Source: an uncultured delta proteobacterium
GTDB taxonomy: Bacteria; Desulfobacterota; Binatia; Binatales; Binataceae
Length of the DNA stretch: 64,000 nucleotides
Reading direction: 5' to 3'
NCBI GenBank assembly: GCA_963724765.1
Contig: CAVRVY010000004.1
Span: forward strand, 1,152,001-1,216,000
The position numbers were made by a program, and so were the translations under genes. Position 1 is the stretch's first letter. Every line of letters begins with the position of its first letter. A model generated the notes under the pieces. It saw only the letters and a list, made by a program, of their open reading frames with translations. It was not told where the DNA came from and did no database searches. Positions 9,891 to 18,498 of this stretch are shown here, one piece after another.

Positions 9891-10250
9891 CTAGTAGCCG
9901 TACCGGCCATAGTTGCCGTACCCGCCATATCCGCCATACCCGTACTCCTGATTCTGCATGTGATTGCCGATCAGGTAGCCAACACCGGCACCGCCGAGGC
10001 CGCCAATCGCGGCGCCAGCAAGAGGAGCACCAACTGACGATCCAACCAGCGCACCACCTCCGGCGCCCACCGCCCCGCCGATCAACGTGCCTTCCGCGCG
10101 TGTGCTAAGCGGCGGACCGTAGCATCCGGCCAGCGAAAGCGTCGCGACCAGCGCAAGAGTTCCAGCGCAGTATCGCCAGATCTTCCGCCCCTTCAATTGG
10201 CTCGAGCTCTGTTTCCCGGACGCACTTGCCATAAACTTTCCTGCATCCAT
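9891..10250 (-). CDS. Glycine-zipper lipoprotein with Gly/Tyr-rich tail (paralog of the convergent gene)
   Basis: Lipobox LAGC; PLSTR motif shared with 9176..9556; GxxxG zipper; GGAG RBS. Confidence 0.78.
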   Translation of the reverse strand: MDAGKFMASASGKQSSSQLKGRKIWRYCAGTLALVATLSLAGCYGPPLSTRAEGTLIGGAVGAGGGALVGSSVGAPLAGAAIGGLGGAGVGYLIGNHMQNQEYGYGGYGGYGNYGRYGY

Positions 10251-10294
10251 ACTCAGCTCCTCCGATTATCAGGTACGAAAAGTCTGCGGTCCGG

Positions 10295-10799
10295 TTACAA
10301 AGAGAGAATCCAGCCTATGCGGTGACAGCGATATTTGCCCACGATTCGTGAGACTTTCCGGCCCAAAATCGCGTCCAGACAATCGGGGCGAGGGTGATTG
10401 TGAAAAGTTCTTTTGCGCGCCGGCGTCAAGCGCCGCGCGCCGGTGCGAGGCCCCGCCTTCCACGCGGTCAGGCCGCCGTCGGACGGGCAATGTCCGTACT
10501 CATCAGGTTCGTCCGAGAACGCCTCCACCAACTCCTCCCTACCGTCGCCGTCGAGGTCGGCCAGTTCTACATGGGCGCCACGGCAGGCTCCAGGGTACGC
10601 AGGCGGAGGCGTCTTCTCGCGCGTGAAAGATCCCTTGCCATTGCCGAGAAAGACCAAGGTTTCGCCGGTCGTGGTGAGCGCGACCAAATCCTTGTGTCCG
10701 TTGCCCTCGAGCCGCTCCCAGAGCAGCCGGCCGCGGCTCTCCCCGGCCTCGAGCACGTCCGCAGCCTCGTACGGACAGGGCACTGATACATCCTGAGGA
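10295..10799 (-). pseudogene. Fragment of an FG-GAP/VCBS-repeat protein, 5' end lost at repeat A
   Basis: LEGNGHKDLV...VFLGNGKGSF and LADLDGDGREELV motifs; the upstream part of ORF 10295..10945 reads through non-coding repeats. Confidence 0.55.
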
Positions 10800-11058
10800 G
10801 CACTATTCATAAATGCCGTTTGAGGTAGTGACATTTCCAAATCAGCGGGCGCCACGCAACACGCCTCGGCCTCGAGAAGCGTACCGCTCTCATAAGCAAG
10901 ACTAGGCTGTTCGGAAAGAAGTTTTGAGGGCGATAGAATAGCCACGAGTGATCGGCATTACGTAAAAGCCCGATCAACTCCTCCCAGCTATTCTCTGACG
11001 CGAGACCGCGGGAGCATGACTACCTAATGGGCACTACTCATAAATGCCAGTTGAGGTA
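10800..11058 (+). repeat. 28-bp direct repeat A (10800-10827 and 11031-11058), possibly IS/MITE-end remnants
   Basis: GCACTATTCATAAATGCCGTTTGAGGTA vs GCACTACTCATAAATGCCAGTTGAGGTA. Confidence 0.75.
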
Positions 11059-11913
11059 AGTCCGTCGCGGCTAGGCTGGACGGCGTTTCGTTTGCTCGAA
11101 TTCCCTGGCCGCCAGCGTGAGACGTTGATAGAAGGTCGCGCCGAACCCGGCCTCGATAGCCATTCGGCATTCGATGAACATCCGGTCGCCCTGCTCGGCT
11201 CGCAGGCAGGGGAGCTCCGAATCTTTCTCACGTCCGAACAGGGATGAGGTCTCGCGCGATGTGGCGGTCAGCAGAATCTCGCCATTCTCGAACCGGTAAA
11301 TGACGATCGGAAAAAGCACGCAGGCGAGCGGCTTGATCGAGGGCACAGGAACACCCTTTTCCAGTGCCAGCGAATGAATTCCGCAGCGCAACTGGCCACC
11401 GCCGTCGCGGTAGGAAAACGCACAGCGCCCCTTCTCCTTGACCAACGAGATCGTATGCGAGTCTTGGAAGAATTCGGCGATACTGCGTCCGGGCGTGACT
11501 CGCTCGCCGTCGTGGCGGCGGAGCAATTCGATCACGGCGTCGGCGTTCTCGACGATTCGCGCGTGCTCCTCGGGCGTAATCTCGACGTCGTAGTCGGTAC
11601 AACAGGATTCGATACCGGGGCCTCGATCGATTCCCGCGCAGGTTCGGGTATCGCAGCGAAAATGAGTCTTGAACAGCGTTCCGGCGTCGACCCTGATGCC
11701 GTCGACATCGGCCAGCAGTCCGCGCTCCTCGAGCGAGCGCAGGTACCTGCGCCAGGGGGCCTCGTTGAAGTCACGCAGCCATCGCTCGGCCAGCGGAGTC
11801 AGATCGGCAGCTTTGTTCGCGTCCATTTACCCCTCTCGCGGGCCTCAAGTTCCGTCGAGGCAGGTTCGATCATCACGGTGACATTTCCAAATCAACGGGC
11901 CGTGCGCAATACG
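10828..11913 (+). repeat. 36-bp direct repeat B (10828-10863 and 11878-11913)
   Basis: GTGACATTTCCAAATCAgCGGGCgccaCGCAAcACG vs GTGACATTTCCAAATCAaCGGGCcgtgCGCAAtACG; first 17 bp identical. Confidence 0.8.
11071..11826 (-). CDS. DUF3109/YkgJ-like cysteine-cluster protein
   Basis: FRCDTRTC, SCC, GRCAF, LRCGIH and KPLACVLFP cysteine pattern; GAGGGG RBS. Confidence 0.75.
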   Translation of the reverse strand: MDANKAADLTPLAERWLRDFNEAPWRRYLRSLEERGLLADVDGIRVDAGTLFKTHFRCDTRTCAGIDRGPGIESCCTDYDVEITPEEHARIVENADAVIELLRRHDGERVTPGRSIAEFFQDSHTISLVKEKGRCAFSYRDGGGQLRCGIHSLALEKGVPVPSIKPLACVLFPIVIYRFENGEILLTATSRETSSLFGREKDSELPCLRAEQGDRMFIECRMAIEAGFGATFYQRLTLAAREFEQTKRRPA

Positions 11914-12002
11914 AGTCGGCCGCAAGTGCGCACAGGCGAAGCGCGGCGCATCTTTTGCGCCGGTTGCCTGGGCTCACGATCTTCTGCCAGATAGAGGGAT
12001 TG

Positions 12003-13199
12003 GTGAGCACAGCGCCCAAAATACCGGCCGACGCGCAGAAGACGGAGGGGGCCGACTACAAATCGATAGCTCTGCTTTCCGCCTGCCACTTCTCCGACGA
12101 CCTCAACCAGGGCGTCGTGCCGGCGATGCTGCCGTTTTTCATCGCGTCATATCATCTGAGCTACGCCGCCGCGGCCGGCCTGGTCCTCGCGCAGACCCTT
12201 TTTTCGTCGGTGGCCCAGCCCTTGTTTGGTCTGCTGGCGGATCGGCGGCCGTCGCCCTGGCTCATTCCGATCGGGCTGAGTTTCGCCGGCATTGGAGTCG
12301 CGCTCACGGGCCTGACGCACGCCTATGAACTGATTTTCGCCGCAATCGCCGCGAGCGGCCTGGGCGTCTCCGCCTTTCATCCGGAGGCCGCGCGCCGAGT
12401 CAGGTACCTCGGCGGCGCACGCGCGGCCACCTCGATGAGTCTTTTCACGGTGGGCGGGATGGCGGGTTTCGCGGCCGGCCCTGTTCTGATCACGCCGACG
12501 CTGATCGCCTTCGGCACTCGCGGCGCGGTGCTGCTCGCGTTGCCGGTCGTGATCATGTCGCTCGCGGTGACCTGGCAGTTGCCGCGCATCGCGGCCGAAA
12601 GCATTCCACGACATCATGGCGCCCAGCGGACCGCTTCGGCCGACGGCCGCGAGCAGTGGAGCGCCTTCGCGCGCCTCACGATCGTCGTGATGCTGCGTTC
12701 GATCGTGTTTTTCGGACTCAACACGTTCATCCCGCTCTATTGGTCCCACGTACTGCATGGGTCGGAAGCCGGCGGCGGCTACGCTCTGACCACGATGTTG
12801 AGTGCGGTGGTGGCCGGCACGCTCATCGGCGGGCGAATGGCCGATCGCTATGGCCGCAAAATCGTGGTCGTGGTGGCGCTGGCCGCGCTCGCGCCGTTGC
12901 TGTTCGTGTTCCTGGGCACGCACGGCCTGACCGCGGCGGGCTTGCTCCTCATTCCGGTCGGGATCGGGCTCGGGGCCCCTACCAGCGTGGTCGTCGTCAT
13001 GGCTCAGGAGTATCTGCCGGATCGGATAGGGTTGGCTGCGGGCGCGACGCTGGGGCTCTCGATGACGGTGGGCGGTGTGTTGATGCCGGCGTTCGGTGCG
13101 ATAGCCGATCATCACGGATTGCGCATGGCGATGACCCTGCTTGCGCTGGTACCCGCGCTGGGCTTCGCGATGAGCGTGACTTTGCACGAGCCCTCATAA
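12003..13199 (+). CDS. MFS transporter, Fsr (fosmidomycin resistance)-like
   Basis: CHFSDD, QPLFGLLADR, AFHPEA and GGRMADRYGRK; about 12 TM helices. Confidence 0.9.
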   Translation: MSTAPKIPADAQKTEGADYKSIALLSACHFSDDLNQGVVPAMLPFFIASYHLSYAAAAGLVLAQTLFSSVAQPLFGLLADRRPSPWLIPIGLSFAGIGVALTGLTHAYELIFAAIAASGLGVSAFHPEAARRVRYLGGARAATSMSLFTVGGMAGFAAGPVLITPTLIAFGTRGAVLLALPVVIMSLAVTWQLPRIAAESIPRHHGAQRTASADGREQWSAFARLTIVVMLRSIVFFGLNTFIPLYWSHVLHGSEAGGGYALTTMLSAVVAGTLIGGRMADRYGRKIVVVVALAALAPLLFVFLGTHGLTAAGLLLIPVGIGLGAPTSVVVVMAQEYLPDRIGLAAGATLGLSMTVGGVLMPAFGAIADHHGLRMAMTLLALVPALGFAMSVTLHEPS

Positions 13200-13223
13200 C
13201 CCGCACCTGAACACGAGGCTCAC

Positions 13224-13688
13224 GTGACTCCTTTGCGCAATGGCGTCGATATTCTCGTACCTTTGGCTGTCGGCGCAGCAACGACCCTCGCCACGATCTT
13301 CATCCACGCGCTGGCCCTGATAACGATTGTCCACTTCGTCCGTCGCGAGCGAAGGCTTGGCTATGCCGGCGTCATCTTCTGGAAGGACGCGACCATCGTG
13401 GCCGCGGCAACGTCGGTGGCACTCGCCGCCCACTTGGTTGAGATAGCGGGATGGGCGCTGGTGTTCTTGCGATGCGGCGAATTCCGCGAATTCGCTGCGG
13501 CCTTTTATAGCTCCGCGGAAAACTACACGACGTTGGGCTACGGCGATGTGATCATGTCAGCTTCGTGGAGACTGTTGGGACCGCTCGAAGCTGCCGACGG
13601 GATGCTGATGTTCGGGGTGACAACCGCGATGATCTTCACCGTCATCCAGCGGTTGGTTCAAACCAGGCTCGGCGATTCACGCGCCTGA
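13224..13688 (+). CDS. Small potassium channel family protein (Ion_trans_2)
   Basis: Pore motif YTTLGYGDV flanked by TM helices. Confidence 0.85.
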   Translation: MTPLRNGVDILVPLAVGAATTLATIFIHALALITIVHFVRRERRLGYAGVIFWKDATIVAAATSVALAAHLVEIAGWALVFLRCGEFREFAAAFYSSAENYTTLGYGDVIMSASWRLLGPLEAADGMLMFGVTTAMIFTVIQRLVQTRLGDSRA

Positions 13689-13798
13689 TGCGGAACCGGC
13701 GGGCCGTGTCGCGATGCGATCGTGACGCGACGCCCGGCGGCGTCCCCAGGGCGAGAACACCCTCACCCCAAGGACCCAAGGACGCCGCGGGAACGCTA

Positions 13799-15002
13799 TC
13801 AGCGAATCTTGTCGGTGAAGCGCGGCAGCACCTTGGTGGTCAACAGTTCCAGGGTGCGCATCGCCGCCTTTTGCGGTACCAACTCATTATATATGTAGGC
13901 CCAGAAATACTCGGCGGGCAGATCCTTGAACAGTTTCTCCAGCTTGCGCGACACCGTATCCGGGCTGCCGCAGATGGTCAGTCCGCGGTCGACCATCGAC
14001 TCAAACGTGTTCGGCACGTCCTTGTAGTTTTCTCCCGGGCCGGGCGATCGCGGCATTGAAGCCAAACGGCTCGAAGAACTTGGTCCAGATAAAGCAGCCG
14101 GCCTCGCGCGCGATCGCAATCGCTTCCTCGTCGGTATCGGCGACCACCATTTCGCGGGTGATGCCGATTCCCTGGCCGAAGCTGTACTTCTTGCCCACCT
14201 GCGCGGCGCCGTCCTGGCAGGCCTTGAACTGCCCGGTACATATCTCCTTGTCGCACACGATCGTGATGGGTACGACGTTGTGTTGCGCCGCCCATCGCAC
14301 CGACGACTCCGAGAAACTGAACGGCTGGAACAACGGCGGATGCGGCTTCTGGTAGGTTTCCGGCACCGTCCCGATCTCCTGCAGAATGCCCTTGTCGTCG
14401 ACGCCGCGGCCATACTTGCGAGTGACATTGTGCGCGGCCCAGAAAATGTTGGGCGGCGGTATCTGCCAGTGCTTGCCGTGATGGCTGAAGGTCGGGTTGG
14501 TCCACGCCTTCATGATGATCTCGAAGTGCTCTTCGTAGAGTTCCTTCTTGAGTTTTTCGTAGGCTTCGGGATCGGTCTGATTGTCCGCGAGTCCCTTGTA
14601 GTGCTGGCCGAGCGTATTGACCCATCGCGGCTGGTAGCCGCGCGCGAATCCGGCAAACGCCCTGCCCTTGGTTACCTGGTCGAGAATCGCGACATCCTCG
14701 GCGATGCGAATGGGATTGTGGCAAGGCAGGACCAGCCCCAGTTGTCCGACCCGCAGCCGTTTGGTCTGCATCCCGAGGTACATGTCGAGCAGGATCGGGT
14801 TGGTGGAAACCTCTTCGCCCTCGATATGAAAATGATGTTCGGTGAAGGCGACACCGTAGTAGCCATGCTCGTCGAGGTGACGGGCCTGCTCGCTCAGGTT
14901 GGTCAGCATCCGCTGGTAAAGGTCGGTGCGCCTGCCCGCCATCCCAGCGCTTATCTCAGCCTTGGTGCCGATGCTCGGCAGGTAAAATACGCCAACTTCC
15001 AT
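13799..15002 (-). pseudogene. LLM-class flavin-dependent oxidoreductase split by a single-base frameshift near 14034-14036
   Basis: TEHHF, HNPIRIAED and YQKPHPPL in ORF 14001..15017; the C-terminus (GSPDTV...LELLTTKVLPRF) is in another frame; removing one G gives 400 aa. Confidence 0.8.
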
Positions 15003-15253
15003 TTTGTCACCTCGCAAGGATCCGTTTCGCCGTTCTGGTCATCAGACTGTAGCCGAAATCGCGCCCGGACGGTATCGATACGCTGTCGCTTTTGGCCCGC
15101 GCGAACTGGCCGCCACCTGCCGCCGGCGCTCGATGATTGCGCGTTTCCACGCCCCGGCGCGCGACGCTGGCTTGACGGCCGCGACTGATCGTATCCTCAC
15201 GGCCGATGCTCGTGCGGTAGCCGGATTCACGGCGCGCCGTCAGGGAGGCTCAC

Positions 15254-16027
15254 ATGTCGATACGGCTTCGCCAGATCTGCCTGGTGGCGGCAAAGCTCGC
15301 TCCGGTGGTTGACGACTTCAAGGCCATCTTCGCGCTCGACGTCTGTTTCCAGGACCCCGCGGTCGCGGCCTTCGGCCTCGAGAACTCGCTGCTGCCGATT
15401 GCCGGCAACTTCCTCGAAGTGGTCGCACCGGTCAAAGAGAACACGGCTGCCGGACGCTACCTCAAGCGCCGCAACGGCGACGGCGGCTACATGATCATCT
15501 GCCAGTGCGATACGCACGAGACCCAGCTCGCGCGCAAAGCCCGCGCCGCCGCGCTCAACGTGCGCATCGCGTGGGAGCACGAGGGCAAGTCGTTTCACGG
15601 CCTGCAACTGCATCCGGCCGACACCGGGGGCGCCTTTTTCGAGATCGACTGGGACGCGATGGGAGAGCCCGAGGGCCATTGGATGCCCGCCGGCGGCAGC
15701 GAATGGGTCAGCCAGATGCACACCGACGTCGTCAAGTATTACAGCGCGGTTGAGCTGCAATCGGCCGACCCGCGCGGGCTCGCCGAGCGCTGGAGCAGCA
15801 TCGCCGAGATTGCGCTGCGCAAGGATTCCCAGGGGCGTTTCGAAATGCCGCTGGAAAACGCGAGCGTGCGTTTTGTCGAGGCGGCCGACGGCCGCGGCGA
15901 CGGCCTCGGAGGTATCGACGTCGCCGTCTCCGATCGCGCCCGCGTACTGGCGGCGGCCGCCGCGCGCGGACGCAGGACCGGCGACGACCAGGTGATGATC
16001 TGCGGGGTACGCTTCAACCTGCGTTAG
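15254..16027 (+). CDS. VOC/glyoxalase-like domain protein
   Basis: GGAGG RBS; IRLRQICLVA, FGLEN, FLEVVAP, GDGGYM and LQLHPADTGG. Confidence 0.75.
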   Translation: MSIRLRQICLVAAKLAPVVDDFKAIFALDVCFQDPAVAAFGLENSLLPIAGNFLEVVAPVKENTAAGRYLKRRNGDGGYMIICQCDTHETQLARKARAAALNVRIAWEHEGKSFHGLQLHPADTGGAFFEIDWDAMGEPEGHWMPAGGSEWVSQMHTDVVKYYSAVELQSADPRGLAERWSSIAEIALRKDSQGRFEMPLENASVRFVEAADGRGDGLGGIDVAVSDRARVLAAAAARGRRTGDDQVMICGVRFNLR

Positions 16028-16081
16028 CCTCCGCTCGATTCGCCGCTGCACGAGCGCGTCACGAGCGGACTCGGAGTAGTC

Positions 16082-16942
16082 ATGGCCAGCTTGCGTCAAA
16101 TGATTAGCGGCCCTTCGTTGATTGAAGCGCCGGTGGTGTTCAATCCGCTGAGCGCGAAACTCGCGCAAGCCGCAGGGTTTGCAGCGCTCTACCTCGGCGG
16201 CGGCGGCCTCGGCTACATCCAATGCGTCACCGAGGCCAACCTGACGCTTACAGAGATGGTGCGCATCGGGATCGACATCCGCACCGTGTGCCCGCTCCCG
16301 CTGATCCTCGACGGCGCGTGCGGCTGGGGCGATCCGATGCACCTGCATCGAACCATCAATATGGTCGAGGCGGCCGGCTTTGCGGGAATCGAGATCGAGG
16401 ACCAGCTCTTGCCCAAGCGCGCCCATCATCATATCGGGATCGAGCACATGATTGACGCCGGCCTGATGAGCGCGAAGATCCGCGAGGCCACCAAGGCCCG
16501 CCGCGACCCGGACTTCCTGATCATCGGGCGCACCAACGCGCTGCGCTCGAGCACGATGGACGACGCGCTCAGTCGGGCCGAGGCGTACCGCGCCGCCGGC
16601 GCCGACGTGCTACTGGTGATGGCGCATAAGGCCGAGCAATTCCGCCAGCTAGGCGAACGCCTGGGGCCGCCGCTGATGACGCTTACCAGCGATGGACAGT
16701 TGCGGAAAATGGGCCTGACGAAGGCCGACCTTGCGGCGCTCGGCTTCAGGCTACTGGTCGACGCGATGAGCCCGGTATTGCTGTTTCACAAGACGATGAA
16801 GCGATGCTACCAGGCGATCGCTAACGGGGAGTCGGCGAGCCTGTTTGCGCCGGAAGGGCTGGGACACGAGCAGAACGAACTCCATCAGACCATCGGCCTC
16901 GACGAGTTGCTCGCGATCGAACGCGAGACGGTAGAGAAATAG
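16082..16942 (+). CDS. Isocitrate lyase/PEP mutase superfamily protein with atypical catalytic loop
   Basis: ILDGACGWG, GIEIEDQ..PKR, IIGRTNA and AYRAAGAD; KRAHHH in place of KRCGH. Confidence 0.85.
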   Translation: MASLRQMISGPSLIEAPVVFNPLSAKLAQAAGFAALYLGGGGLGYIQCVTEANLTLTEMVRIGIDIRTVCPLPLILDGACGWGDPMHLHRTINMVEAAGFAGIEIEDQLLPKRAHHHIGIEHMIDAGLMSAKIREATKARRDPDFLIIGRTNALRSSTMDDALSRAEAYRAAGADVLLVMAHKAEQFRQLGERLGPPLMTLTSDGQLRKMGLTKADLAALGFRLLVDAMSPVLLFHKTMKRCYQAIANGESASLFAPEGLGHEQNELHQTIGLDELLAIERETVEK

Positions 16943-17082
16943 CGCGTCGGGTTGTTTGACGCGGCCCGCGCCCTTCGCCACTGGCGAGAGACGCTTCTTC
17001 GCTCAGGATGATCCGCAGAGGCCGTTGGTCAGGATGACCTCATGTACGCAGCTTATTAATGAGACATTACACTAAGCGCGGC

Positions 17083-17439
17083 CTATCGGCTGAGCCACTT
17101 CGGATTGTTTATCGCCAGCGCGTCGGCCAGCGATTGACGCAGATGCGCACGCAGGTTCGTGTCGTTCAAATCAATAGCGCCGCGGCGGATCAATTCGGAT
17201 AGTTCGCCGCTTAAGGTTTCGGTGTCGCCGTCGTGTCCGACCAGCGCGCGAAGGCGCTCGCGCTCCGCCGCCGATTGCGTCTCGCGCAACTCGAGCTCCC
17301 GCCGCACGATATTCAGCACATTGGCGGTGACCCTGGTCTGAAAGCGATGATATCCGGTCAGCGTGGGAAGCAGCTCTTCTTCGAGATACTTCACCGCCGC
17401 GGTGAGAAGAACAGGCGCGCTCGGCATACTCTGTGGCAT
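17083..17439 (-). CDS. DUF6285 protein (LvaB-like)
   Basis: FQTRVTANVLNIVRREL and C-terminal LAINNPKW; directly downstream of the APH kinase gene. Confidence 0.75.
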   Translation of the reverse strand: MPQSMPSAPVLLTAAVKYLEEELLPTLTGYHRFQTRVTANVLNIVRRELELRETQSAAERERLRALVGHDGDTETLSGELSELIRRGAIDLNDTNLRAHLRQSLADALAINNPKWLSR

Positions 17440-17469
17440 TGTCAGTTCCTCTCCGGCTGTTTTCTCCGG

Positions 17470-18471
17470 CTATTTCCGGCTCTCGATCAGATTGAGAAAA
17501 TCCCATAGCGGTTCTTCGATACGCCTTCCGATCGCGGATCGCTCGATGCCGACCTCGCCGACGCCGCGGGTCCCCAAAAGCAGGCAATCGACCGCCCATT
17601 TGACGTTGCCGAACGCCTCCCAGAATTTGACGTGCCCGGGATCGACCGGGTAACCGCTCGCCCTCTCATACGCAGCGAAAAGATCTTCGCGCGAGCCAAA
17701 GCCACCGACCGGCCCGGCGCCGCCGAAACGCCACGTCCTGATGCACAGCCATCCGAGATCCTGCATCGGGTCGCCGGTCTGCGCGAGTTCCCAATCGAGG
17801 ACGCATCGGATGCCCTCCTCGCCCACGATCATATTCCCTGTGCGGAAATCGCCGTGCAGAACGGTGAGGCGTTGATTGCGCGGCACGTTCTCGGCGGCCC
17901 AGCGCAAGGCGAGTTCGAGCGCGGGCAGCCTGAAGTTGTAGGTATCGACGATCCTGCGATGCGCCGCGACGTGTTCGGCGGCGTCCTGTCGCATCAGGAA
18001 TGGCGCCTCGACCGAATCGATCCGATGAATCGCAGCGAGAATCTCTCCGCATTGCCGCGCCATCACGCTCCGCGCCGCCGCGAACCGCTCATCGCGCACG
18101 ATCCGCGAGCCGAGCGTCTCTCCCGCAACGCGTTCCGTGACGTACCCTTCGCCGAGGCCGTCTGCGGGCTCCAGAATCGCGACCACGCGCGGCGCCGGAG
18201 CGCCCACGCGCGCGGCCGCGATCATAAGGCGCGCCTGCTCTGCGGGAGTTATTTGCGGCACGATTCCGGCCACCGAATCGAAAGTCTCGGTGCCGAGCTG
18301 AATGATAAATTGCCGGCGCTGGCCGCCGGCGTCGGCATCGTCCGCGTCAAACGACATCGTCGTCCGATTCGCGCCGCCGGTCAGGCGCTGCAGGTCATGC
18401 ACTTTCGCGGGCTTGCCAGTATGCCGCGCGAGCGCCATCTCGAGCCGAACCAAAAACGCGTCATCGCTCAT
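17470..18471 (-). CDS. APH-family phosphotransferase (LvaA/ACAD10 kinase-like)
   Basis: LTGGANR, HGDFRTGN, LDWELAQTGDPMQDLGW and WRFG. Confidence 0.9.
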   Translation of the reverse strand: MSDDAFLVRLEMALARHTGKPAKVHDLQRLTGGANRTTMSFDADDADAGGQRRQFIIQLGTETFDSVAGIVPQITPAEQARLMIAAARVGAPAPRVVAILEPADGLGEGYVTERVAGETLGSRIVRDERFAAARSVMARQCGEILAAIHRIDSVEAPFLMRQDAAEHVAAHRRIVDTYNFRLPALELALRWAAENVPRNQRLTVLHGDFRTGNMIVGEEGIRCVLDWELAQTGDPMQDLGWLCIRTWRFGGAGPVGGFGSREDLFAAYERASGYPVDPGHVKFWEAFGNVKWAVDCLLLGTRGVGEVGIERSAIGRRIEEPLWDFLNLIESRK

Positions 18472-18498
18472 GCACTACGTCCCCGGGCGTGACGCCGC

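Noticed and set aside
9891-9945. Short tandem DNA repeats that might suggest a CRISPR or VNTR
   Set aside because: They encode the GYG low-complexity tail; there are no spacers or cas genes.
10800-11913. Integron attC sites or CRISPR repeats
   Set aside because: No GTTRRRY/RYYYAAC palindromic structure, only two copies of each repeat, and no integrase or cas gene in the window.
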